DNA of 64,000 nt from Cyanobacteria bacterium auto_48_18 (GCA_036170915.1 JAVHQC010000032.1:52787-116786), one strand, 5' to 3'; positions 1-10,916 are shown, counted from the stretch's first letter. Made by a program: numbers and translations. Notes: a model not told the origin generated them from the sequence alone.

Positions 1-1317
1 CCACAAACTGACGATTCCGAAAGTGGGGCTGAGCTGAGTACTCCACCCGCCAAAATATTGAACAAACCCAGTGACACTGTCACACTCGAGGCTCTGCAGC
101 CGACTGGGCTGGCATCTTCTTTAAAATCGTCACCACAAGAAGATGGGGCTGGCCTGAACAACAAATCAGAACTTTCTGAAGCAAAGAGTACGAATTCATA
201 CAGTTCTGGCCCAGATGCTGGAATAATTGATACGTCTTCGGAAACTACCAGCTTTGAGCCGGAAGACAAGGTGTCTAGTCCTAAACAAGGTTTAGGCAAC
301 CTTCTCAATAATTATGTTGAGGAGCAGCCCGCCGAATCATTAAAGTCTGAACCCGCGCTTGAATCTGAAAGCAAAGTAGAAGCCACCGTGGCCGAAGCGC
401 AGCCAGAACCTGCCGAAGCGGAAAAGGCTACTGAACCAGTAGCACTCGCAGAAAAAAATGAGGAAGCAAGCGATTCAGTACAAGCTGAGCCAACGGTCTC
501 AACAGCCGAAAGCTCGTCTGCAAGTGCTGAGATCATGAAAGAATCTGGTTCTAATGGCTCAGGACTGAGCGGTTCTTTAAAATTAGATGATGCAATTTCA
601 CAACGAGCGGGGGCTACTAACGTGCCGGACTGGACAAAACGATATTTCTCAGATGAAATCGCTAAGCTCAACACTGAGCTCGATGAACTGAATGAACAAG
701 TAAAACTCGCACAACAAAAAATCCGCGACGTCGAAACTCGCGTGGCGTTGACCAAAGGCGTACGCAATACTTTGCTTACCACCACCGGTGATGAACTGGT
801 TGAAGCCTGCGGTAAAGTGCTGAGCTTAATCGGTTGGAAAGTCACAATCGCTGCGGATGATAAACACGAATTGCGTCTTGAAGTCGATGACAAACAGGTT
901 TGCATCGCTCGAGTAATATGGACCACAACGCAAGCCGAACGTTCACACTTAGGGCAACTGTCTATTTCACAGACCCGTTACTGGTGCGAAAAAGGCACCG
1001 AGCCTAAAGGCATTTTGATCGTCAGCAAGATTAGCGATCAACCACCTACAGGTATTGGTTCTTCAACAGAAGAAGCCGAACTGGCCGAATATGCAGCTAA
1101 GAAAAATGTCTGCTTAATGACCACCATGCAACTGCTCTCTCTCTACAAAGAAGTAGCGCTAGACGACGCCAAACCTGATTCATTGCGAACCGCAATTATC
1201 GCGGCAAGCGGCTGGCTATCAGGGCACGACCTTGAACCAGGCAGCAGTGAATCAGTAGAAAAAGATGAGACCAGTTCGAATCAATCGAATAAACTCAGCT
1301 CACTTTTATCTGCCTGA
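1..1317 (+). CDS. 5'-truncated hypothetical protein: acidic low-complexity region, coiled coil and a C-terminal Mrr/restriction-endonuclease-like domain (probably inactive)
   Basis: The frame is open from base 1 with no stop before the TTG at 58, so the true start lies outside the window. E/S/A-rich N-part, coiled coil (IAKLNTELDELNEQVKLAQQKIRDVE), then a globular domain GDELVEACGKVLSLIGWKV...HLGQL...KGILIV...AAKKNVCLMTT. Confidence 0.75.
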   Translation, partial: PQTDDSESGAELSTPPAKILNKPSDTVTLEALQPTGLASSLKSSPQEDGAGLNNKSELSEAKSTNSYSSGPDAGIIDTSSETTSFEPEDKVSSPKQGLGNLLNNYVEEQPAESLKSEPALESESKVEATVAEAQPEPAEAEKATEPVALAEKNEEASDSVQAEPTVSTAESSSASAEIMKESGSNGSGLSGSLKLDDAISQRAGATNVPDWTKRYFSDEIAKLNTELDELNEQVKLAQQKIRDVETRVALTKGVRNTLLTTTGDELVEACGKVLSLIGWKVTIAADDKHELRLEVDDKQVCIARVIWTTTQAERSHLGQLSISQTRYWCEKGTEPKGILIVSKISDQPPTGIGSSTEEAELAEYAAKKNVCLMTTMQLLSLYKEVALDDAKPDSLRTAIIAASGWLSGHDLEPGSSESVEKDETSSNQSNKLSSLLSA

Positions 1318-1350
1318 CGCAGTATAGAAGCCAATTGATGCATCAACTTT

Positions 1351-1388
1351 AAAGAAACCGGTGCTCATTCTGGCGCCGGTTTCTTTTG
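1351..1388 (+). terminator. Rho-independent terminator (bidirectional-looking)
   Basis: AAAGAAACCGGTGC-loop-GCGCCGGTTTCTTTT hairpin 34 nt after the stop codon. Confidence 0.8.
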
Positions 1389-1428
1389 CGTTTATTTTAG
1401 CGACTGTCATTTATAGGTATCCTCAGTC

Positions 1429-2424
1429 TTGCAGCCCGCCAAAATCAATATTATTCTTGGCTTTCTCACCATCTACCTGATTTGGGGCTCCACATACATA
1501 GCAATTAAATTTGCCCTGGAAAGTTTTCCACCTTTTCTGCTTGGCGCCAGCCGCTTCACCATTGCCGGGCTTTTGATGTGCATTTGGATGCTAATGCGCG
1601 GTGCGCCAAGACCGCTAGCCAGTCACATTCTGCCCTCGTTGGTGCTCGGTTTATTGTTACTTGTTTTTGGCAGCATGGGAGTAGTGTTGGCGGAGAAAAC
1701 CGTGCCCTCAGGCATGGTATCGCTTTTGGTGGCAATGGTGCCGGTTGATATTGTACTTCTGCAATGGCTGACAGGCGGGCCGAAACCCACAGCCAAAGTT
1801 ATTGCCGGTTTGATTATTGGTGTCGCCGGCCTAACGGTTTTGCTTGAACCAGCAAAAATCGCTGGCGGAGCCGGTATAGATTTTACTGGAGTGACTTATG
1901 TGCTCCTCGGCTGCCTGGGATCTGCCGCCGGCGCCATTTATTCGAGACGGGCTAACCTTCCGCAATCGCAACAGCTTGCTGCCGGCATGGAAATGTTATT
2001 CGCCGGTTTGATTTTGTTTGCCATCGCAGCTGGTGCCGGTGAGTTTTCGCAGCTCGCTAATATTCACATCTCACTAAAATCTTTTCTCGCCTGGCTTTAT
2101 CTACTTGTTTTTGGTTCCATGCTGGCTTTCTCCGTCTACATCTGGCTTCTGAAGCATGTTAATCCTGCTCACGTTTCGACCTACGCTTATGTTAATCCGG
2201 TGGTGGCAATTTTTCTCGGCTGCACTCTGGCAGATGAAACAATTTCGCCACAGACTTTCATCGGTGCTGCCATCATTCTTCTAGCGGTATGGCTTATTAC
2301 TCAGTCAAATTCCAAAGCGCCAGAACTGGCTCTTCCACTGGCCGGAGACGCGACTGCACTGGAAGCCTGCGCTCTGAGCTCCAGCGATCATCCAGTCAAA
2401 ACCACACAACATAGTGAGGAATAA
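1429..2424 (+). CDS. EamA/DMT family drug/metabolite transporter (YedA-like)
   Basis: About 10 TM helices; IYLIWGSTY, PPFLLGASRF and STYAYVNPVVAIFLG motifs. Confidence 0.9.
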   Translation: MQPAKINIILGFLTIYLIWGSTYIAIKFALESFPPFLLGASRFTIAGLLMCIWMLMRGAPRPLASHILPSLVLGLLLLVFGSMGVVLAEKTVPSGMVSLLVAMVPVDIVLLQWLTGGPKPTAKVIAGLIIGVAGLTVLLEPAKIAGGAGIDFTGVTYVLLGCLGSAAGAIYSRRANLPQSQQLAAGMEMLFAGLILFAIAAGAGEFSQLANIHISLKSFLAWLYLLVFGSMLAFSVYIWLLKHVNPAHVSTYAYVNPVVAIFLGCTLADETISPQTFIGAAIILLAVWLITQSNSKAPELALPLAGDATALEACALSSSDHPVKTTQHSEE

Positions 2425-2445
2425 ACAGAGCTCTGTCCGGTAAGC

Positions 2446-5400
2446 TTACACCGGCTGATCTACTGGTTCAGCCCGTGACTCCCGATTACGCATCAATCTT
2501 GTCTGCAAGCGATCCAGATAAATATAAAACACAGGGGTGATATAGAGCGTCACCACCTGCGATACCAGCAGACCACCCACTACAGTTAAACCTAGAGGCT
2601 GCCTTGACTCCGAACCGGCGCCCAGACCCACGGCAATAGGCACAGCCCCCATCAGGGCCGCCATAGTGGTCATCATAATCGGCCTGAAGCGAGTCAGGCA
2701 GGCTTCATAAATTGCCTGCTCGGGAGGTTTGCCGTGTTCGCGTTCGGCATCGAGGGCAAAGTCAATCATCATAATGGCATTTTTCTTGACGATGCCAATA
2801 AGCATGATCAGGCCGAGAAAACCATAGATATCCAGATCATGGTGCGTCACCATCAGCACAATCAGCGCGCCTAAACCGGCAGACGGCAAACCAGAGAGAA
2901 TCGTAATAGGATGCACAAAGCTTTCATAAAGAATGCCGAGCACAATATAAATTACCAAAATGGCAATCAGAAGCAAAACCCAGAGATTGGCAAATGAGTC
3001 TTCAAAGGCCGCGGCAGTGCCCTGAAAGGCGGTTGTAACAGATTTAGGCACCACTTGAGCGGCTATTTGATTGATGGCAGTGACAGCGTCTCCCAACGAC
3101 GTGCCCTGCTTCAAATTGAAAGAAATAGTGACCGACGAGAATTGCCCCAGATGGTTAACCAAAAGCGGACCTACGCCTGTTTCTATCTGAGCGATGGTAT
3201 CAAGAGGCACTAATTTGCCTGTGCTGGACCGCAAAAACAATTGCTTGAGCACAGCCGGATCTCGATAGAAGCGAGGCATTACCTCAATAATCACCCAGTA
3301 TTGATTTGACGGAGTGTACATGGTTGAAATCTGACGAGTGGCGTAGGCGCTGGAAAGCGCGTCCTCCACTTGTTGCATGGTCAAGCCTAACTCAGAACAC
3401 TTATCGCGATTGACAGTGAGGTGAATTTCTGGATTATCCACCTGCATGTCGCTGGCTACGTCGGCCACTCCCGGCAGCTCTTTCACTTTCTCAAGTAGTG
3501 CTTTGCTGGCTTTGTAGAGTTCTTCACGATTGGGACTCGACAAAGTAAATTGGTACAGCGATTTTGTTACCTGGCCGCCGATTGTGACAGTGGGTGGATT
3601 TTGCAAAAATGAATTGATACCAGGAACGGTGGCTAGCTTATCCGACAGCTCGCCGATTACTTCGTGAATTGACTTCTTGCGCACATCTTTAGGCTTAAGC
3701 ACGATAAGAATGCGCCCCTGATTGAGAGCAATGTTGGGGCTGCCGTTGCCAACTCCTAAACTTGACATATAGCTTTTGACATTGGCATCTTTAGCAATAA
3801 TTTCAGTCAAGCTTTTATGCAGCCTCACCATGGCATCATATGAGGTGCCCTGTTCGGCCTCAGTCATACAAACTATTTGTGAGGTGTCTTCCGTAGGCAT
3901 AAATCCTTTAGGAATAACGACAAACAGATAAGCAGTGGCGACAAACATCATGGTGAAAATAACCATCACCGATGGCTTATTGCTCAAAGCTATAGAAAGC
4001 GACCAATCATATAAAGCCAACCCTCGCTTAAACACGCTCTCTGCGGCGCGTACCAGCAGGCCCTGTTCTTCTTTCTTCTCGGCTTTAAGAAAACGGCTGC
4101 AGAGCATGGGCGTAAGGCTGATGGAAATAAATCCTGAAATCAAAATGGCAATTGAGATAGTTACGGCAAATTCATTGAAAAGACGGCCCACAATGCCGGG
4201 TAAAAGCAAAACCGGAATGAACACCGCCACCAGAGATAGAGTCATAGATAGAATGGTAAAGCCAATTTCTCTTGAGCCATTTAGCGCAGCCTCCATGGGC
4301 GTCTCGCCCAGCTCCAGGTGGCGCACTATGTTTTCCAGCATGACGATGGCATCGTCAACAACAAAACCGACAGAAAGAGACAGGGCCATGAGCGACAAAT
4401 TATCGAGACTGAAACCGAGCAATTTCATCGCCGCAAAAGTACCGACAACAGAAATAGGCAGAGCCAAACTGGGAATAACGGTAGCCGACAGATTGCCGAG
4501 AAAAACGAAAATCACCATGACCACAAGAGCCACGGTCAAAAGCAGCGTAAACTGCACATCTTGAACCGATTCGCGAATAGTCTGCGACTGGTCGTAAAGC
4601 ACATCTAAATGAACAGACTCTGGTGTGATTGATTTAAAGGTGGGCAACAATTTCTGAATGCTGTCTACAACCTGAATCGTATTGGCACCAGGCTGCTTTA
4701 GCACGGCCAAAATTACTGCAGGCTTGCCGTTAAACTCGCCGCCTGATTTATCATTTTGCACACTGTCAATTACACGGCCAAGGTTCGAAAGCCTGATTGG
4801 AGCGTTGTTCTGATAAGCAACAATGACCGGTTTATAAGCCTCGGCATCAAGCAATTGGCCATTTGATTGAATGGTAAAAGCCTGATGCTTACCCCAGAGC
4901 GTGCCGGTGGGCTGGTTTTGATTAGCCGACATCACAGCGCTCATGACGTCATTGATGCCCAGTCCATAAGTGGCGAGCCTCTGTGGATTAACTTGCACAC
5001 GCACAGCGTATGCCTGCGAGCCATTAACTTGTACCTGAGCCACTCCGCTTATGCGGGAGATGCGCTGAGCAATTAAAGTTTCAGCAAAATAATCGACTTT
5101 ATGCAAAGGCAAACTATCAGAACTGACCGCCAGATAAATGACCGGCTGGCTGGCCGGATTGACTTTGGCAAAAGTGGGAGGCATGGTCATCTGCGGCGGC
5201 AACTGTTTAGAAGCGGCTGTGATTGCCGCTTGAACGTCAAGCGAAGCGCCATCCATATCGCGACTGGGATCAAACTGCAAAGTAATTAGTGATTGGCTGA
5301 GCGTGCTGGTGGAAGTCATCTGCGTTAAACCGGCAATGGTGGCAAATTGTTTTTCCAGGGGCATCGATACCGCCGAAGCCATGGTTTCTGCGCTGGCACC

Positions 5401-5556
5401 AGGCAGAGTACCGGTTATCTGCAGGGTGGGAAAATCGACGTTAGGCAAGTCACTAATAGGCAGCGTTCGATAGCCCATCAAACCAAAAAATAGAATTGCC
5501 ACCATCACCAGTGTGGTCATTACCGGCCTTTTGATAAAAATGGCGCTAAGATTCAT
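2446..5556 (-). CDS. RND efflux permease (MdtB/MdtC-like)
   Basis: FIKRPVMTTL start, LP.VDFPT, GFVVDDAIV, GIVKKNAIMMIDFA, RFRPIMMTT. Confidence 0.95.
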   Translation of the reverse strand: MNLSAIFIKRPVMTTLVMVAILFFGLMGYRTLPISDLPNVDFPTLQITGTLPGASAETMASAVSMPLEKQFATIAGLTQMTSTSTLSQSLITLQFDPSRDMDGASLDVQAAITAASKQLPPQMTMPPTFAKVNPASQPVIYLAVSSDSLPLHKVDYFAETLIAQRISRISGVAQVQVNGSQAYAVRVQVNPQRLATYGLGINDVMSAVMSANQNQPTGTLWGKHQAFTIQSNGQLLDAEAYKPVIVAYQNNAPIRLSNLGRVIDSVQNDKSGGEFNGKPAVILAVLKQPGANTIQVVDSIQKLLPTFKSITPESVHLDVLYDQSQTIRESVQDVQFTLLLTVALVVMVIFVFLGNLSATVIPSLALPISVVGTFAAMKLLGFSLDNLSLMALSLSVGFVVDDAIVMLENIVRHLELGETPMEAALNGSREIGFTILSMTLSLVAVFIPVLLLPGIVGRLFNEFAVTISIAILISGFISISLTPMLCSRFLKAEKKEEQGLLVRAAESVFKRGLALYDWSLSIALSNKPSVMVIFTMMFVATAYLFVVIPKGFMPTEDTSQIVCMTEAEQGTSYDAMVRLHKSLTEIIAKDANVKSYMSSLGVGNGSPNIALNQGRILIVLKPKDVRKKSIHEVIGELSDKLATVPGINSFLQNPPTVTIGGQVTKSLYQFTLSSPNREELYKASKALLEKVKELPGVADVASDMQVDNPEIHLTVNRDKCSELGLTMQQVEDALSSAYATRQISTMYTPSNQYWVIIEVMPRFYRDPAVLKQLFLRSSTGKLVPLDTIAQIETGVGPLLVNHLGQFSSVTISFNLKQGTSLGDAVTAINQIAAQVVPKSVTTAFQGTAAAFEDSFANLWVLLLIAILVIYIVLGILYESFVHPITILSGLPSAGLGALIVLMVTHHDLDIYGFLGLIMLIGIVKKNAIMMIDFALDAEREHGKPPEQAIYEACLTRFRPIMMTTMAALMGAVPIAVGLGAGSESRQPLGLTVVGGLLVSQVVTLYITPVFYIYLDRLQTRLMRNRESRAEPVDQPV

Positions 5557-8500
5557 CTGGCTTCCTCAAAATTTTCTTGTTCACTTTCACTGCCGTCGGC
5601 TTTGCGAAACCGGCGCAAGCGTGGCATTCTAAAGGCGGTGCGGCTATTGACAAAGTGCTGAAAGCGGTCCAAATAAATGTAAAACACTGGAGTGATATAA
5701 AGTGTCACCAGCTGCGAAACTAATAATCCGCCCACAATGGTCAAACCTAAAGTTTGCCTAGATTCGGCACCTTCACCAAGGCCGATGGCAATAGGCAGAC
5801 TGCCGAGAATGGCTGCCAGCGTGGTCATCATGATTGGCCTGAACCTAACCAAACAGGCTTCATATATTGCTTCTTCAGCAGTCAAATTGCGCTGACGCTT
5901 AACGTCTATAGCAAAATCAATCATCATGATGGCATTTTTCTTGACGATACCAACCAGTAAAATTAAGCCTAGAAAACCATAAACGTCTAAACTCAAATTG
6001 AAAATCAACAAGATCAAAAGAGCTCCCAGCCCGGCGGAAGGCAGACCCGAGAGAATAGTGAGAGGGTGAATGAAACTCTCATATAAAATTCCCAGCACCA
6101 GATAAATGATGATGATAGAGATCAGCAATAGTATGCCGAGATTTTTTGTTGAACTCTCAAAGGCTTGAGCGGTGCCCTGAAAGCTTCCGGTCACGTCTTC
6201 AGGCAAGCCCTTCGCCACCAGTTCTTTGACGGGCCCCACAGCGTCGCTGAGTGCCACTCCTGGCTTAAGATTGAATGAAACAGTGACCGATGGGAATTGA
6301 CCCAAATGGTTAACCAATAGCGGGCCGGCACCGCGCTCGAGCCTGGCCACAGTATCGAGTGGTATCAATTGACCCGCGGCTGTGCGCACATTAAACCAGT
6401 GCAACATCGAAGGGTCTTCCATGTACCTGGGCTCCACTTCTAGAATTACCCAGTACTGGTTGGTGGGTGTATAAATAACCGAAACCTGTCTGGCGGAATA
6501 GGCGCTATTGAGCGCATCTTGCACCGATTGGACACTGATACCAAGTCTGGCACATTTATCTCTATCGATTTCGACATTGAGCTGCAAATTCTTCACTTGC
6601 AAATCGCTGTTTACGTCTTGCAAGTCAGGCATGGCCTTGAGCTTGGCTTCAAAGTCACGAGCGGCTTTGTAGAGCTCCGGCAACTCAGAACCAGACAAGG
6701 CCACTTGATACTGTGCTTTAGTGAGCTGCCCGCCGATGCGAATGCCCCCCAAATTTTGCATAAATAAACTAATGCCTGGCACATTGGCAGTTTTTTGCCG
6801 CAGCTCTTGAATGACTTGATCGATTGTGGCGTGGCCAGGGCGCTCTGACCTCATTTTTAAGACCATAAAAATGCGGCCTTGATTGACGGCGGCATTGGGG
6901 CCACTTGCCCCCACCGACGACATGGCACCACGCACGCTACCATTTTCTCTGACGATATCGGCAAGCATAATCTGATGGCGCTTCATTTCTTCAAACGACA
7001 CGCCTTCAATAGCCTGAGTCATACCAAATATTTGCCCAGAATCTTCACTGGCCATGAAACCTTTAGGAATCACTGCCAGAAGATAACCGGTGGCACCAAG
7101 CATAACAGCGAAGCTTACCAGCACCATCACCTTGTGCCTTAATGCCGGCTTCAACGTGAAATCATAGAAGCTCAGCAGACGCCCAAAGACTCCCTCAGAA
7201 AAATCGTACAGCCAACCTTTCTTTTCTTGCGGTCGCAGAAACCGGCTACAGAGCATGGGTGTAAGAGAAAGCGAAACAAAACCGGAAATTAAAATAGCCA
7301 CTGAAATAGTGACGGCAAATTCAAAAAACAATCGGCCGATGATACCGCCGAGCAATAATATTGGAATAAATACAGCGATGAGCGATACGGTCATTGATAC
7401 CACTGTAAAACCAATTTCGCGCGAACCATTAACGGCAGCCAATAGTGGCGGCTCGCCGGCTTCGATATGGCGCACTATGTTTTCTAGAACAACAATGGCG
7501 TCATCTACCACAAAGCCCACCGACAGAGTTAGAGCCATGAGCGAAATATTGTTGAGCGTAAAGCCAAACAATTTCATAGCGGCAAAAGTACCGATCAGTG
7601 CGATGGGCAGCGTGACGCTGGCAATGAGAGTGGTTGAGAGACTTCCCAGCGCGAGAATAATCACGAGAATAACGAGAAAAACGGTAATCAAAAGCGTTAG
7701 TTTTACATCGCCTACAGAGCGCCTGATGGACAAACTACGATCATAAAAAACATTGAGATTAACAGCACCAGGCAAAACCGCTCTAAAATTAGGCATCATC
7801 TTTTTGATGGCGTCCACAATCTCTATGGTGTTGGTGCCCGGTTGGCGCTGGACGGCTAAAATAATGGCGCGACTGCCGTTGTACCAGCTGGCCACTTTGT
7901 CGGTCTGCACGCTATCAATGACGGTGCCCACATCTCTTATGCGCACCGGGGCACCATTTTTATGGGTGATAATCAAGGGCATAAAAGCAGCTGCATTGTA
8001 CAGCTGCCCGTTTACCCTGATGTTGTATGCGGTATCAGGTCCCGACAATGTGCCCGTGGGCAAATTGACATTGGCCTGGCGAATGGCCGTGGCTACTTCA
8101 TCAATGCCGATACCGTAAGCTGCAAGTTTTCGCGGGTCTACCTGCACATGCGGGGCATAAATTTGCGAGCCCATCACTTGCACCTGAGCCACCCCACTGG
8201 TCATGGAAATGCGCGGAGCAATGACGTTCTCTGCATACTCATCAACTGTATAAAGTGGAAGAGTGGTGGAATTCAAAGCAATATAAAGAATCGGTGCATC
8301 AGACGGATTGACCTTGCGAAAAGTTGGCGGGCTAGGCATACTGGCCGGCAGCCAGGCCCTTGCGGCAACAATGGCAGCCTGTACATCTTGAGCGGCACCA
8401 TCGATGCTGCGGTCAAGCGCAAACTGTAAAGTGATGGCCGTAGTACCAGTGGCCGAAGTCGAGTTCATTGATTCGAGGCCGGCAATGCCACTGAATTGTT

Positions 8501-8705
8501 TCTCTAAAGGAGTGGCCACAGCAGAAGCCATGGTTTCTGCGTTTGCCCCTGGTAAACCAGCGCTGACACTGATGGTAGGGAAATCTACTGCCGGTAAATC
8601 GTTTACAGGCAATGTGAAATAAGCAATTAGCCCGAATACGATCAGTGCCACCATAGTTAGTGTGGTCATCACCGGACGCATAATAAAGGGCAGAGAAATA
8701 TTCAA
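5553..8705 (-). CDS. RND efflux permease (MdtB/MdtC-like), paralog of the adjacent gene
   Basis: Same RND motifs. Start moved to TTG at 8705 (GAGGA SD upstream; aligns with the MNLS start of the paralog). 4-nt overlap with the next gene. Confidence 0.95.
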   Translation of the reverse strand: MNISLPFIMRPVMTTLTMVALIVFGLIAYFTLPVNDLPAVDFPTISVSAGLPGANAETMASAVATPLEKQFSGIAGLESMNSTSATGTTAITLQFALDRSIDGAAQDVQAAIVAARAWLPASMPSPPTFRKVNPSDAPILYIALNSTTLPLYTVDEYAENVIAPRISMTSGVAQVQVMGSQIYAPHVQVDPRKLAAYGIGIDEVATAIRQANVNLPTGTLSGPDTAYNIRVNGQLYNAAAFMPLIITHKNGAPVRIRDVGTVIDSVQTDKVASWYNGSRAIILAVQRQPGTNTIEIVDAIKKMMPNFRAVLPGAVNLNVFYDRSLSIRRSVGDVKLTLLITVFLVILVIILALGSLSTTLIASVTLPIALIGTFAAMKLFGFTLNNISLMALTLSVGFVVDDAIVVLENIVRHIEAGEPPLLAAVNGSREIGFTVVSMTVSLIAVFIPILLLGGIIGRLFFEFAVTISVAILISGFVSLSLTPMLCSRFLRPQEKKGWLYDFSEGVFGRLLSFYDFTLKPALRHKVMVLVSFAVMLGATGYLLAVIPKGFMASEDSGQIFGMTQAIEGVSFEEMKRHQIMLADIVRENGSVRGAMSSVGASGPNAAVNQGRIFMVLKMRSERPGHATIDQVIQELRQKTANVPGISLFMQNLGGIRIGGQLTKAQYQVALSGSELPELYKAARDFEAKLKAMPDLQDVNSDLQVKNLQLNVEIDRDKCARLGISVQSVQDALNSAYSARQVSVIYTPTNQYWVILEVEPRYMEDPSMLHWFNVRTAAGQLIPLDTVARLERGAGPLLVNHLGQFPSVTVSFNLKPGVALSDAVGPVKELVAKGLPEDVTGSFQGTAQAFESSTKNLGILLLISIIIIYLVLGILYESFIHPLTILSGLPSAGLGALLILLIFNLSLDVYGFLGLILLVGIVKKNAIMMIDFAIDVKRQRNLTAEEAIYEACLVRFRPIMMTTLAAILGSLPIAIGLGEGAESRQTLGLTIVGGLLVSQLVTLYITPVFYIYLDRFQHFVNSRTAFRMPRLRRFRKADGSESEQENFEEAR

Positions 8706-8745
8706 AAACAATTCCTCACCGCACAGCAAAGTTGATTTGATTTAC

Positions 8746-10278
8746 TTAGCGGCGCACTGAATCAGTTACCTTTTGCACTGGGGTCTCTTCTTTAACAGTG
8801 CCGTCACTCTTAATTGACGTTTCCACTTCACTATCGTTATCGGCAGCTCTTTCTTTTTGCACTTTCACTTTTGAGCCGGGGCTGAGTTGCAATTGCCCGT
8901 CAACAACCACGCTCTCGCCAACTTTAATGCCACTGGTGATGGCCACCATTTCTCCAGAACTCTGACCGAGTTTTACTTTAACTAGTTGAACCGTACTATC
9001 TGGCTTTAACACGTAGATAGCGTTGCCCTGCTGCGTTGTTTGCACTGCCCGCGATGGCACTACAACCGACTGCCCTGCGGGAGGCATAGATATTAAGACA
9101 TCCACAAATTGGCCAGGAAAGAGCTTCTGCCCTTCATTGGCAAAACTAGCGCGCAACAAAATCGTGCCTGTATTAGTGTTGACAGTATTTTCCATAAAGG
9201 AAATATGGCCCTTGACCGCTTCAGCCTTGCGCCCTTCAACCAGTGCCTGCAACTTCAATGTGCCGTTTGCCTGCGACCGTCTTAAATCGTTGAGATACTG
9301 CTCAGGCACGGTGACGGTAACGTAAATAGGATTTACTTGAGCGATGGTCACCAGCGGTTGAGTGGAAGTATTCGAAACTACGTTGCCCTCATAGACATTG
9401 AGGCTGCCGGTGCGACCAGTAATTGGAGAATAAATTTTGGTCCAACTAAGTTGCAGGCGAGCTTGATCTACCAGACCCTGATCTGCGCGCAACGTGCCTC
9501 GAGCGGTCTCGATAGCTGCGCGGTCGCCCCTGGTGACCGCTTTAGCATTCTCGATTACTTTCAGGTCGGCTTCAATGGTGGCTTCAGCCTGAGTAGCGCT
9601 GGTCAATACTTGATCGCTTTGTTCTTTAGAAACAGCGCCCTCGCGAACAAGCTCAGCGTAACGTGTCATCTGCGTATCGGTGTATTTAGCCTGCGCTTTG
9701 TCTCTGCGCAAATTAGCGTGATACTGACCGATCATAGCCTGGTCACGAGCCAGGTTGGCTTGGGCTGCCTCGACCTGTGCACGGTCACGAGCCACGTGAC
9801 CTTCTGCTTGAGCTAAGGCTGCCTCATACGATCTCGGATCGATCTGGAAGAGCAAAGCACCCTTTTTCACCGTTTCACCTTGAGTGAAATGCACTTTCAA
9901 AAGCTGACCGCTCACCTGCGGCGTAATATTAACTACTGAAAAAGGCGTGACATTACCGATACTTCTGAGTTCAATGGGCAATGCTTTCTGAGTGGCCACC
10001 GCTACAACCACCGGCACAATTTTGTCTTTGCCACTCTTTTCGCCTTTGCCAGAGGTGCCCTGACCGCCTCTTTCGCCAGCCATCTGTTTATTCTCATGAT
10101 GGCTTAAAGGGCTTAGTGTATAGGCACCATATGCGCCACCGGCCAGCAGCAAAGCAATCAAACCAAATAGAACCACTTTATTTTGTTTAGGCTTAGGTGA
10201 ATCATGACGCGCAGGCACACCCGGAAAATCAGGATTTTCGCGTTTAGTACTGGTACTGGTGTCAAGTTCTTCTTTCAT
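8746..10278 (-). CDS. RND periplasmic adaptor (MdtA-like membrane fusion protein)
   Basis: N-terminal TM anchor, VSGQLLKVHF..G..VKKG.LLFQIDPR lipoyl motif, long alpha-hairpin, I.SPITGR.G. Confidence 0.93.
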   Translation of the reverse strand: MKEELDTSTSTKRENPDFPGVPARHDSPKPKQNKVVLFGLIALLLAGGAYGAYTLSPLSHHENKQMAGERGGQGTSGKGEKSGKDKIVPVVVAVATQKALPIELRSIGNVTPFSVVNITPQVSGQLLKVHFTQGETVKKGALLFQIDPRSYEAALAQAEGHVARDRAQVEAAQANLARDQAMIGQYHANLRRDKAQAKYTDTQMTRYAELVREGAVSKEQSDQVLTSATQAEATIEADLKVIENAKAVTRGDRAAIETARGTLRADQGLVDQARLQLSWTKIYSPITGRTGSLNVYEGNVVSNTSTQPLVTIAQVNPIYVTVTVPEQYLNDLRRSQANGTLKLQALVEGRKAEAVKGHISFMENTVNTNTGTILLRASFANEGQKLFPGQFVDVLISMPPAGQSVVVPSRAVQTTQQGNAIYVLKPDSTVQLVKVKLGQSSGEMVAITSGIKVGESVVVDGQLQLSPGSKVKVQKERAADNDSEVETSIKSDGTVKEETPVQKVTDSVRR

Positions 10279-10297
10279 TTTCTCTGCCTGATGTCAG

Positions 10298-10795
10298 TTA
10301 AATTTTGGCATTCGCTTCGGTAAAAATCCCTTTCAAAAGAGACAAGCTTTCTTCAATTGAGTCTAATTTATCGGCAGGCAATTGATCTATTATGCGGGCG
10401 ATTTCGGCTTGAGCGATGGCGCGGGTTCCCTGCAAGTGGTTGACACCCTCTTCGCTCAGGCTGAGAATAACATTGCGACGACTGGCCGGATCGCTGTTTC
10501 TTAAAACCAGTCCAGCCTTAACAAGCTTTTCCACCATAATCGACGCGGTGGCATTGGCCACACCAATAGACTCTGCCAGACGGCTCAAGCTTGAGCCCGG
10601 ACAATTATTGATGAATGCCATAACGCGCAACTGTGGCAGTGACGCTGGAGTTTCTGCCTGGCGCAAAACATTGCTGCGCAGGTAATACATTATGTATGGA
10701 ACGGTTTCCATGAGCCTGGTAGCTACAAGGTCAGACTTTGCTTTATCAGCCGCAAATTGCGCCTGTGCCCTTTCGGGACGTATTGCTGCTTTCAC
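10298..10795 (-). CDS. MarR family transcriptional regulator
   Basis: wHTH LSRLAESIGVANATASIMVEKLVKAGLV.R..DP..RR; heads the efflux operon; GGAGG SD. Confidence 0.92.
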   Translation of the reverse strand: MKAAIRPERAQAQFAADKAKSDLVATRLMETVPYIMYYLRSNVLRQAETPASLPQLRVMAFINNCPGSSLSRLAESIGVANATASIMVEKLVKAGLVLRNSDPASRRNVILSLSEEGVNHLQGTRAIAQAEIARIIDQLPADKLDSIEESLSLLKGIFTEANAKI

Positions 10796-10816
10796 TCCAC
10801 CCCTCCATATCTATAT

Positions 10817-10845
10817 TTAGTATAGCTAACAATTAGATAGACTAA
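10817..10845. promoter_or_regulatory. Putative tandem MarR operator: two TTAG-N5-CTAA inverted repeats
   Basis: TTAG-tatag-CTAA (10817-10829) and TTAG-ataga-CTAA (10833-10845) lie directly upstream of marR in the divergent intergenic region. Confidence 0.65.
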
Positions 10846-10916
10846 GTGAGTATTAATTGGTTCCAGCTCTTCGGTGGGCCAATCGAGTAAAATTACACAG
10901 CTAAGAGGAATCAGAA

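Noticed and set aside
3935..9816. Numerous plus-strand ORFs inside the RND genes (and similar shadow ORFs elsewhere)
   Set aside because: Antisense shadows of well-supported genes, with no motifs or SD sites.
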